Source of the DNA: Promethearchaeia archaeon
GTDB taxonomy: Archaea; Asgardarchaeota; Lokiarchaeia; Sigyniarchaeales; SOKP01
Length of the DNA: 64,000 nucleotides
Direction of reading: 5' to 3'
Assembly (NCBI GenBank): GCA_029856105.1
Contig: JAHQWH010000189.1
Coordinates: 1 to 64,000 of the forward strand
Within the stretch, counting starts at the first letter, position 1; every line of letters starts with the position of its first letter. Under the pieces are notes generated by a model, which was not told where the DNA came from, searched no databases, and was given only the letters and a program-made list of their open reading frames with translations. Shown piece after piece: positions 1 through 8,923 of this stretch. A program made the position numbers and the translations under genes.

Positions 1-1
1 T

Positions 2-526
2 AGGAAATTTCGGAGTCCTGAGAAGTTAATCCCTTGCGTGATCTATTTTTACTACAAAAGAAACAATATAGTTATTGATCAAGCAACCCTTCTTGATAAT
101 TCGAACCTATCAACCACTGAATTCAACACTTTTAGAAGGGGGATGGAAGATTTTTGGTCAAAATACCAAAACAGGGATCGTAAAAAATACATTCTTAATC
201 GAATAGGAGGAGTTATTAACGAGAAAAAATTAAAAACAGACCTATACTTTCAATCAGAGAAGATATTAGATAAATTTTGGGACTTAATAAAAGACTCGAA
301 AGACGACGTCATTGCTGGTTTAGTTATAGGAATCGCAAAAATACGCTCTAAACGCGAAGATATCGCCTTGGGGCCCATATGCGAGTTTCTACATATTAGT
401 CAGGGAACGCTTCAAAAATCAATTCAAAGGAAATTGTTCGACCTCCACGGCATTAAAAACAAAAAAAAAGGGTTTAAAAACAAGGTTGAATTTTTAGAAG
501 AAATTGGGCTGTTCAAGGGTATATGA
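2..526 (+). CDS. TFIIB/cyclin-fold-like protein, 5' truncated by the window edge
   Basis: The frame is open from position 2 (RKFRSPEKLIPCVIYFYYK...). It resembles TFIIB cyclin repeats (RSP...CIY) and ends in an HTH-like ICEFLHISQGTL. The GTG at 38 is probably internal. Confidence 0.55.
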   Translation, partial: RKFRSPEKLIPCVIYFYYKRNNIVIDQATLLDNSNLSTTEFNTFRRGMEDFWSKYQNRDRKKYILNRIGGVINEKKLKTDLYFQSEKILDKFWDLIKDSKDDVIAGLVIGIAKIRSKREDIALGPICEFLHISQGTLQKSIQRKLFDLHGIKNKKKGFKNKVEFLEEIGLFKGI

Positions 527-644
527 CGAATACGAGACGAATACCATCAATTATTGTTCTATAGTTCCAACGATATTTTTCCTTTTAAATAAAACGAAAT
601 TATAAAGTTACCAAATAAATAAAAAATTATAATAATAACGACTA

Positions 645-1406
645 ATGTTCGAAGAAATCATATTTATGGTAGGTTTTGCGGTATTTTCAGTAGTAATGTC
701 ATACGTTCTTTTAGTGGTAGCACCTGAGCCGTTAAACAAATTTTTTCAAGTTTTAGCAGTTTTAGGTATTGTAATACACGAACTTTGCCACGTCTTAATG
801 TGTCTATTGACTGACACTCCAATACGAACCATGAAAATACTAGAACGCTCTGATAACGAGTCAAAATTTGGTCTGAAGTATGGGGGGAGAATTGAATTAA
901 AAGAGTTTGATAAATTAACCTTTTTACAAGCGTTACTAATCGGGTTTGCGCCCCTTTATCTTTCGTTCTGGCTCTTTTTCTTTTTATGGGAGCTATTAAA
1001 GAATCCCAGCTTGGAAGTATTAATTTTCTATCTGTATATTTTTATAATGGTGTCCTTGGTGTTAAGTGCGGCGCCTTCGTTCGCCGATTTATTTACCATT
1101 TTTGGGTCCTTCCAATTTGACTGGAGATATTCGCTCTATCAGATTTTTTTATTGTTAATATCAATTTGTACAGTTTGGTTTAGTGTCGCGTATTTTCAGT
1201 TTGAAGTTTTTCACGAAATTCTGACGTATTTATTAATAATATTAGGGTACTACGTATATAAATATGGATTTAAAGAATTAAGGGCACTTATTCAGCATTT
1301 TTTAGGCAAGAGAAGTTCAAATGGTTCTGAAAGAGCGAATATAAAAAAGTTAACTCGACGACGCTTAAAACCCGCGAAACTTAGAGAAAAAGAAGCCCAG
1401 TGGTAA
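645..1406 (+). CDS. Membrane zinc metalloprotease, peptidase M50/M50B-like
   Basis: HELCH zinc motif in a hydrophobic segment, then APLY and PSxxD motifs, with several TM helices. Confidence 0.75.
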   Translation: MFEEIIFMVGFAVFSVVMSYVLLVVAPEPLNKFFQVLAVLGIVIHELCHVLMCLLTDTPIRTMKILERSDNESKFGLKYGGRIELKEFDKLTFLQALLIGFAPLYLSFWLFFFLWELLKNPSLEVLIFYLYIFIMVSLVLSAAPSFADLFTIFGSFQFDWRYSLYQIFLLLISICTVWFSVAYFQFEVFHEILTYLLIILGYYVYKYGFKELRALIQHFLGKRSSNGSERANIKKLTRRRLKPAKLREKEAQW

Positions 1407-1452
1407 CGAAAAAGGTAAAAATCTAAAAAACAAGGGAAAGGTGAGATGTGAA

Positions 1453-3474
1453 ATGGAAGAGTATTGGCAAACAAGAGTTAGAATTACTCAGATTCCGCTT
1501 GAAATTGAAAAGGAATTATTAGTGCATTTTGAACAGGAAAAGGATGTTTTGGTTAAAAAATCTTTTTTAGCGAATCCCTTTTTAGACCAGACAACGTATG
1601 GTTTAGAACTAGCGATAAATAACGATTTTTCTTGGACTTTTTTTTTTAGCGAAAAAAACGAAGAGGACGCTCTTGTCAAAGGATTTTCTTTCTTAAGTTA
1701 TTTAAAATCTCAATACATTGGTTTAACTGGAATAGTGAACGTAATTCCTATCACTTCAAAAGAATTAAGCCAGAGGCCAATACTATACGAACTGGTTATA
1801 CCTCGTAGACCTAAACCTTTTTCTATAATTAATAAAATCATTCAATTATTCAAAAGCTATAGGATTGGAGACTTGACCTTTTATATGTTTTGGGAGCGAA
1901 ACGATTCTATCAGCATACAACCGCCATATTACGACGGTTTAATAAGGGAATACTATAAACTTAAAATATTAATAAGTTATAGTCCTTTCCGAGTAAAGGA
2001 TGACAGTAAATTTATTTTTAACCAGCTTTTTAAAGGGATCCAAGAATTTCTAACCTTTGGTATTCGAGATATTGAAGGAATAAAAGCCCATTTTAAATTA
2101 ATCCCAGAGGTATTTTGGCGTAACATCTTAAAATCGGATGTAATGATATATAATTGGGACAATAAAATAACGGGTCGATTTTTTAGTACATACTGGGAAA
2201 GTCCCGAAATTCTTGAATGGCAACGATGCGCATTTGTGTACCCTGCTATGGTAGATTTCTCTTTTCCAGAAACTTGTACGATTCCCAAGGCTAACGTTTT
2301 AAAATCAATGAATTTAGAATATAGAGATGTGTCTAAAGACGACAAGAACTCCATTTGGATCGGGCGGATAATAAGTAATGGTATTCTCGAGAACAACCCT
2401 GCTACAATTCCAATTAGTCATTTTGGTAAGTCTGTTATTATTGGTGGCCAAATGGGGACTGGGAAAACTCGTTTACTTACATTAATTTCTCACGAATTTT
2501 ACAAGAAGGCGCCTCATATAGGGATCTTATATTTAAACATGGGAAAACCGAATCAGCAACATCTATATAAACACGATTCGTTTATTAAATACGGAAGTTC
2601 GGATTTGCAAATACCTTATTTTGTTGAAGGAGAGTTCATCGATAAATCAATTCAAGAAACAGCAACCTACCTTGCAGCATCTCTTGGTTTAAGAGAGCCA
2701 GTTGATAAAATTCTTAAAAATGTTATGAAGGCGTTCATAAAAGTTAACGGTTCGTTGCCTATTTCTCTTAGAACTTTGTTTAAGGGTTTAAGAAAATGGT
2801 ATAAGAAACATCCTTACGATAATAAATTTCAAACAAGAATCTTAACCGCGATAGAAAATCGAGTTTTATCTCTCGTATCAGACCCAGTTTTAAATAAGTG
2901 TACGCAATTAACTCCAGATTCAACAATTCCTCAATGGTTTCTGGATTGGAGGAGTGGAAAAAAGGTTTTTTTAGATTTATCCATGTGCGACGCGTACGTT
3001 AAATTATTGCTGGCGAGTTCGATATTTCAAATGATTCGAGCACTAACACCTGGATACGAAACAAATGGACTTCAACATTTAATCGTTATTGACGAAGCTC
3101 AAGCAATACTAGAAAAGTCAAAAGAGCGATTTACAAATTCTGATTTCTACATAGCGAAAGAGCAATTAGAAATGATTTTCAATAATTTATTGAGAGAATT
3201 CCGAAGTAAGGGACTAGGTTTTATTATTGTGAGCGTGACTCCTTCAGATTTGTTTGTTTCAACGACTAAGCTTCCAAGTATTAAAATTCTTTTTCGCATG
3301 GGGGAAGAATGCATAAGACGGTTTACTCACATGTTAGACGACCATAAATACTTAATGCTGTTAAAAGCTCGGCAAGCTTTAGTCTTAAATGGAAATAACG
3401 CAGACCGATTTTCGATTCAGACGATTACTGTTAAAACCAGAAAGATTAAATTACCTATAATTAAAGCTAATTAG
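1453..3474 (+). CDS. HerA/FtsK/VirB4-family P-loop ATPase
   Basis: Walker A GQMGTGKT, Walker B LIVIDEAQ, and REFRSKG arginine-finger region typical of HerA/FtsK. ATG at 1453 follows GTGAG. Confidence 0.75.
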   Translation: MEEYWQTRVRITQIPLEIEKELLVHFEQEKDVLVKKSFLANPFLDQTTYGLELAINNDFSWTFFFSEKNEEDALVKGFSFLSYLKSQYIGLTGIVNVIPITSKELSQRPILYELVIPRRPKPFSIINKIIQLFKSYRIGDLTFYMFWERNDSISIQPPYYDGLIREYYKLKILISYSPFRVKDDSKFIFNQLFKGIQEFLTFGIRDIEGIKAHFKLIPEVFWRNILKSDVMIYNWDNKITGRFFSTYWESPEILEWQRCAFVYPAMVDFSFPETCTIPKANVLKSMNLEYRDVSKDDKNSIWIGRIISNGILENNPATIPISHFGKSVIIGGQMGTGKTRLLTLISHEFYKKAPHIGILYLNMGKPNQQHLYKHDSFIKYGSSDLQIPYFVEGEFIDKSIQETATYLAASLGLREPVDKILKNVMKAFIKVNGSLPISLRTLFKGLRKWYKKHPYDNKFQTRILTAIENRVLSLVSDPVLNKCTQLTPDSTIPQWFLDWRSGKKVFLDLSMCDAYVKLLLASSIFQMIRALTPGYETNGLQHLIVIDEAQAILEKSKERFTNSDFYIAKEQLEMIFNNLLREFRSKGLGFIIVSVTPSDLFVSTTKLPSIKILFRMGEECIRRFTHMLDDHKYLMLLKARQALVLNGNNADRFSIQTITVKTRKIKLPIIKAN

Positions 3475-3486
3475 TCGGCGATACAA

Positions 3487-6400
3487 TTGGATGAATTCGA
3501 AGACGACGAGGGTGAAGACAATTTTGATCCAAGCGATACCGAAGATGATATTGAGGACGATTTTGACCCAAACGATACCGAAGAAGATATTGAGGACGAT
3601 TTTGATCCAAACGATACCGAAGAAGATATTGACGACGACTTTGACCCTAACGATACCGAAGAAGATGTTGACGACGAATTTGACCCTAACGATACCGAAG
3701 AGGAAATTGACGATGATTTTGATCCAAACGATACCGAAAAGGAAATCGAGGACGATTTTGACCCAAACGATACTGAAGAGGATAAATTCAATGATAAATT
3801 TAACCCTAGCGAGGAAACCCAATATCACAACGAAAATATTGGTTCTCAATCAACTTCTACAGTTTTAACTAATAAGATAGAAGAAATTGAAGGTAATGTG
3901 GGACAACAGGAACAAGAAGAAGAAATCGAGATCCGCTCAGAAGAATATCAAAACGATACGGAGCCGATTGTAAATAGCGACGAGATTGAATTCATAAAGG
4001 ATATTGAAGAATTAGCTGAACAAGCCAGAAAAATAAATGCTGAAGACGAGAATATCGAACCACAAACTGAAAAAGAAAATGCGGCGTATTATGCTGAGCA
4101 ATATTATGAAGCCCTAAAGGAAAAAGAGGTAGTAAGCGTTAGTAAAGAGGGGCAAGAAACAGAAGAACTTAGACAAGAAGTAACAGAGGAATTAAATAGT
4201 GACCAAGAAAGTGGTCATAATAGCGATAATCTCGAAGAAGAAGAAGATATTATTGAAGCGTCTAAAATTACTAGTACAGAAGAATTTGAATATTTATGGG
4301 AAATTCGCGATAAATTAGAGCAAGAAGGAAAGATCTCTGAAGAGATAGAAGAGGTAATGCACGAAGCGGAAAAGATGTACGAAACGCTTAAAGACGCAGA
4401 AAAATTATATGAAGAGCAACAACAAGAGAAATTAAAGCTAGTTGATCACGAAGACGAAGCGAGCGAAGAGGACCTAAAAGAAGATTTGGATAGAGAAGAC
4501 CTATTAGAGCAAACTGTTGAATTAGAAGAGAAATTGGTTCAACAAGGGGTATCGCAAAAAGAGATAGATATTAAAGTCGAGGAATCCATAGAAACGACCA
4601 AGTTTGAAGAAAAATTAGAGAATATAATTGAAGAGCAAGAACGGGAGAAATTAAAGCTAGTCGATCACGAAGACGAAGCGAGCGAAGAGGACCTAAAAGA
4701 AGAGCTGGATAGAATAGATCTAGTAGAGCAGGCTGTAGAATTAGAAGAGAAATTAGTTCAACAAGGGGAATCCCAAGAAGAGATAGATGCGAGGGTGGAA
4801 GAATCCATAGAGGAATCCATAGAAACGACCAAGTTTGAAGAAAAATTAGAAAAAATAATTGAAGAGCAAGAACGGGAGAAATTAAAGCTAGTTGATCACG
4901 AAGACGAAGCGAGCGAAGAGGACCTAAAAGAAAATTTGGATAGAATAGACTTAATAGAGCAAGCTGTTGAATTAGAAGAGAAATTAGTTCAACAAGGAGA
5001 ATTGCAAGAAGAAATAGATGTGAGAGTAGAGGAATCCATAGAAACGACTAAATTTGAAGAGAAATTAGAAAAAATAATTGAAGAGCAAGAACGGGAGAAA
5101 TTAATGCTAGTCGATCACGAAGACGAAGCGAGCGAAGAGGATCTAAAAGAAGATTTAGATAGAATAGATCTAGTAGAGCAGGCTGTAGAATTAGAAGAGA
5201 ATTTAGTTCAACAAGGGGAATCCCAAGAAGACATAGATATTAGAGTAGAAGAATCCATAGAGGAAGCCTTAGAAGAAAAGGAAGTAGAAACTTACGGAAG
5301 TGTTGAGAATAAAGAAAATTTAGAAGTTTTAAAACCAGAACTAGATGCCGAAAGCGAATCCGAATATAAGAAAGATTTAATTGAGGAAAGTACAAAGCTA
5401 GTAAGTGAAGAATCTGACGAAGAGGAAAACGAACGTCTTCAAGAGTTATATCGCCAAGAAACGGGCAGGAGACCTATATATTCTAGAAAAATAACAAAAG
5501 GTTATAGCCAATGGTTAGAGCAACAACGAGAATTAGGCTCGGAAAAGATTAAATATTCTAAAAGTGAAAGCGAAAAAAAAAAAGAAATTGAAGAAGAGGG
5601 TTGGAAAACAACCCTTATACAATGGATAAAAGAGGCTTCTGAGGAAGAATGCAACGCTGAGCTTAAATCCGAGTTAAAAAAAGCCCTCGAGAGTTATAAC
5701 GAGTTCGAGGATTTGACTCGAAAGTTTTTGGAATTATATAAAAAGTCTCAAAAAGAAAAACTTACTGAAATAGAAAAGAATAGATTAAAATTCTTAACAG
5801 AAAGACTACAGGAGCTAGGTCCTATCCAATTAGAATTAGTAGCAAATATTCGGGCTTTTAAAGATTATTTTTATAATCATTTTTGGGAACTTATGAACAG
5901 GTTTTTTGTTAATCGAGTGCGTAGCAAATTTTTTAAGCACATCTCGCAGACAATATTAAAATTAAAGGAGTTAAGGAAAGAACAAAAAAACGAGAAAATT
6001 AAATATCTAGTTAATAAAAATAGTATAAAAAAATCACAGAGAGGAATTGATTACAATAACGAAGATTTCAGAAAGGAATTGAAAAAGAAATTTAAAATCG
6101 TTGTAAGAAATATTTTGAATAGATATGATCTAAAACCTTTAGATGAAAAAACACTCATTAATTGTGCATTTAATCTTTTTGATTATGCTGTTACCAATAA
6201 AAATTTAAAATCTAATGATTTGGGGCGAAATAAAGGAATTCGTTATCTTTCAATTATTCTAATATATTATGCTTTAATAGGTCTTGATTGCTACACCTTA
6301 GGGAATAGAATTTTAACAGGGAAATTAGTAGCACAATCAGTTGAGGATTATTCAGAACTGGGATTTAAAACAAGAGAAACTATGGAGGGTCATATTACAG

Positions 6401-8859
6401 CAGGTAAGCTTTATAAATTTCTACCTAGAGAAATTCAAGCTAAAACTGATAATTTACCTTACTTTAAAAAATTAATATTTGATGATAATTATAGAAATAT
6501 GTTAATTCAGTATTTAGAAATTGCCATACCTGAATTATTAAATTCTTATTCAATTTTAGAATTAAAATCAGAAAATATTAAAAAAACCGCTTTAAAAATA
6601 TTTGATTATGCAATTAATAATGGTATGACGCAGGATAAACTATTTCCGTCTTATAATTCTAATAAAATGGCGTTAATTTTAATATTTTATGGTCTCTTAG
6701 ATTTAGGGATAAAAAGCTTAGGATTTACTTCAATTAGCCAATCGAATATCGGAAAAGCTTTAAAAAATATATATAACAAACTTAATTTTCCAGATGCAGA
6801 TTCTATAATATATTTATCTCCCAAAGTAATCTATAATTTTCTCCCAGAGAAGTTAAAGACTTCACTTAATTCGCTTCCTTCTCCAAAATTAATAATATTT
6901 ACTGATAGTTATAAAGAAGCCTTGAAAAATTTTCTAATTATTATTTCAAAAGATGTCATTATAAAATATTCCTTTTCTGGTATTACAAAAAATGAATTAG
7001 TAAATAGATCCTTAAAAATATTCGGTCAAGCGTTGGATAATGGATTATTACCTGATAACTTAAATAAAAACAGATCCCCGAATAAATTAGCAATAATCTT
7101 ATTATACTTTGCTCTAATTTATTACAAAATATATAATTTGAGAAAAAGAACAATCTGCATTAATGCCGTGATCGATTCCTTAAATGATATTAGTAAATTA
7201 GGATTTAACAGTAAAAAATCTATGAATACAATTTATTTTGGCGATTTGCTTCCTTTTTTACCAAAATTTTACGAAACACGAGTAAATGGATTAGGAGATG
7301 CGCATAAAATTTCCATAAAATATGACAATTCTTTCAAAAAGGATTTGGAAAAGTATATTAGATTTATTTCATCAAAAATTATGAAACAGATTTTAATTAA
7401 TAGTATTTCGAGTGAAATTATTACTAAAAAAGCTTTACAAATTTATGAATATGCCCTTAAAAATGGCTTAAACCCAGATAAATTAGGAGATAGGAGGTTT
7501 GCTAGATATATTTCAGTTTGCTTAGTTTATTTTTCGCTTGTATCTCTTGATATAAAAAGCTTGGGTAACAGAGCAATATCTGTTAGAGATATCTCTAATA
7601 TTATTGGTGATGATTATGAGAAGTTAGGATTTGGTTCTATAGAAGCAATGAAATTTGGATATGGTTTTCTTAAGAAATTCATTCATAAGGACATTTCAGA
7701 TATAGTGGAAAATCTACCATCTACTATAGGAATCATTTTTAATAGAGAATATTTTATTAATTTAGAGAAAAATATTAATATTATCGGGACTAAAGTTATC
7801 GAATATTATAATTTAGAGTTTGATCTTAAAAAAATAACATCTAAAGCAATTCATATTTTTCAGGATTCCATTCACAATGGCTTAGAACCATCAGATATGG
7901 GAGATAATAAAAATACATCCTTTATGAGCATAATTTTAATATATTATGCGTTGATTTCTTTTAATATTACAAGATTACAATCTGGCTCTATTACCGTATC
8001 TAAGATTATAGATTCATTAGTCGATCATTATGATAGAATAGGTTTTTCGTCTTTATGGTTTTCTGATAGAGTTATTTCAGGAAGGCTTTATAATTTTCTT
8101 CCACAAAATACTAAAGAAATTGTTGATCTTTTACCTGAACGAGATCGACCAGCAGGTAAATACGAATCCATTTGTAAGCAAGCTTTCAATGAAGTTTTCT
8201 CAGATATTTTTAATATGAAAATAAGATTTACACCCCATTTATCTTTATATAAGTTAGTGGAAAATCATAGGATCAAATATATAAATGAATATATACAACG
8301 AGGACATTCAGATGGTGCAGTTAAAATTTTTTTACAAAAAAAAAGCATAATTAATGCTTTCCGACATAAGTTAAGGACAGACATCGATATACCGAGAGAT
8401 ATTGACGAGCTTTTATATGTTATAAATGATTTCAATTCTTTTCAAATTCAGAAGATTGTTGATAGAATAAAAGATAATTTAGTGGAATCTGATTCGAAAG
8501 TAATAAAATTTCAATTCCCTATTGGTTATATCAAGATTTTGATTGAAAATAATAAAATTTTTCTTCTTGAGCGTGAAGTTAATATCCCCTTTAATTATCA
8601 TAGCGAAAATTTCATATGGATAACATTCGAATATAATGGTATTCAGCATTATATTTTTCCGAATTATTTTAATAAAAATATTAATGAATTAGATTCGTTT
8701 TTAAAGGGTGTAATTAATGATCTTCTTAAAATCTATCTTCTCTACCATAATGGAATTATTATTTTTGAATTTCCATATTGGATCTGCCCGAAAATGAACA
8801 GACCGAATAGAATTAAAGATTTTATAAAAAATGAAGTGAATTCTTTTTTTAATTTTTAA
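3487..8859 (+). CDS. 1790-aa multi-repeat protein: acidic repeats, five cyclin/TFIIB-like repeats, C-terminal PD-(D/E)xK/Vsr-like nuclease domain
   Basis: Long ORF with visible 13-aa, ~73-77-aa and ~140-aa repeats. C-terminus has HSDG...FEYNGIQHY...DLLK...NGIIIFEFPYW. Confidence 0.7.
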   Translation: MDEFEDDEGEDNFDPSDTEDDIEDDFDPNDTEEDIEDDFDPNDTEEDIDDDFDPNDTEEDVDDEFDPNDTEEEIDDDFDPNDTEKEIEDDFDPNDTEEDKFNDKFNPSEETQYHNENIGSQSTSTVLTNKIEEIEGNVGQQEQEEEIEIRSEEYQNDTEPIVNSDEIEFIKDIEELAEQARKINAEDENIEPQTEKENAAYYAEQYYEALKEKEVVSVSKEGQETEELRQEVTEELNSDQESGHNSDNLEEEEDIIEASKITSTEEFEYLWEIRDKLEQEGKISEEIEEVMHEAEKMYETLKDAEKLYEEQQQEKLKLVDHEDEASEEDLKEDLDREDLLEQTVELEEKLVQQGVSQKEIDIKVEESIETTKFEEKLENIIEEQEREKLKLVDHEDEASEEDLKEELDRIDLVEQAVELEEKLVQQGESQEEIDARVEESIEESIETTKFEEKLEKIIEEQEREKLKLVDHEDEASEEDLKENLDRIDLIEQAVELEEKLVQQGELQEEIDVRVEESIETTKFEEKLEKIIEEQEREKLMLVDHEDEASEEDLKEDLDRIDLVEQAVELEENLVQQGESQEDIDIRVEESIEEALEEKEVETYGSVENKENLEVLKPELDAESESEYKKDLIEESTKLVSEESDEEENERLQELYRQETGRRPIYSRKITKGYSQWLEQQRELGSEKIKYSKSESEKKKEIEEEGWKTTLIQWIKEASEEECNAELKSELKKALESYNEFEDLTRKFLELYKKSQKEKLTEIEKNRLKFLTERLQELGPIQLELVANIRAFKDYFYNHFWELMNRFFVNRVRSKFFKHISQTILKLKELRKEQKNEKIKYLVNKNSIKKSQRGIDYNNEDFRKELKKKFKIVVRNILNRYDLKPLDEKTLINCAFNLFDYAVTNKNLKSNDLGRNKGIRYLSIILIYYALIGLDCYTLGNRILTGKLVAQSVEDYSELGFKTRETMEGHITAGKLYKFLPREIQAKTDNLPYFKKLIFDDNYRNMLIQYLEIAIPELLNSYSILELKSENIKKTALKIFDYAINNGMTQDKLFPSYNSNKMALILIFYGLLDLGIKSLGFTSISQSNIGKALKNIYNKLNFPDADSIIYLSPKVIYNFLPEKLKTSLNSLPSPKLIIFTDSYKEALKNFLIIISKDVIIKYSFSGITKNELVNRSLKIFGQALDNGLLPDNLNKNRSPNKLAIILLYFALIYYKIYNLRKRTICINAVIDSLNDISKLGFNSKKSMNTIYFGDLLPFLPKFYETRVNGLGDAHKISIKYDNSFKKDLEKYIRFISSKIMKQILINSISSEIITKKALQIYEYALKNGLNPDKLGDRRFARYISVCLVYFSLVSLDIKSLGNRAISVRDISNIIGDDYEKLGFGSIEAMKFGYGFLKKFIHKDISDIVENLPSTIGIIFNREYFINLEKNINIIGTKVIEYYNLEFDLKKITSKAIHIFQDSIHNGLEPSDMGDNKNTSFMSIILIYYALISFNITRLQSGSITVSKIIDSLVDHYDRIGFSSLWFSDRVISGRLYNFLPQNTKEIVDLLPERDRPAGKYESICKQAFNEVFSDIFNMKIRFTPHLSLYKLVENHRIKYINEYIQRGHSDGAVKIFLQKKSIINAFRHKLRTDIDIPRDIDELLYVINDFNSFQIQKIVDRIKDNLVESDSKVIKFQFPIGYIKILIENNKIFLLEREVNIPFNYHSENFIWITFEYNGIQHYIFPNYFNKNINELDSFLKGVINDLLKIYLLYHNGIIIFEFPYWICPKMNRPNRIKDFIKNEVNSFFNF
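3517..3816 (+). repeat. 39-nt coding tandem repeat (DDFDPNDTEEDIE), 7 copies plus a degenerate eighth
   Basis: Repeated gacgattttgacccaaacgataccgaagaagatattgag-like units with mostly synonymous variation. Confidence 0.95.
4411..5262 (+). repeat. ~219-231-nt coding tandem repeat (EKLKLVDHEDEASEEDLKE...), about 4 copies
   Basis: Units start near 4411, 4630, 4861 and 5080 and share gatcacgaagacgaagcgagcgaagagga. Confidence 0.95.
6061..8150 (+). repeat. Five diverged ~140-aa protein repeats (cyclin/TFIIB-like)
   Basis: A recurring pattern KAL.IF..A..NGL...L......IIL.Y.AL....LGF....LY.FLP at about 420-nt spacing, visible only at protein level. Confidence 0.75.
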
Positions 8860-8923
8860 TACTAATTATATTAAATAAATCGACATTATTTTATGATATA
8901 TTATAAAAAATATAGTGTGTATT

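Noticed and set aside
3517-3816. CRISPR array
   Set aside because: These are contiguous 39-nt coding repeats with synonymous variation, no unique spacers and no cas genes nearby.
3451-3868. Alternative-frame ORFs over the 39-nt repeat
   Set aside because: They are by-products of the repeat's periodicity within the 1790-aa gene.
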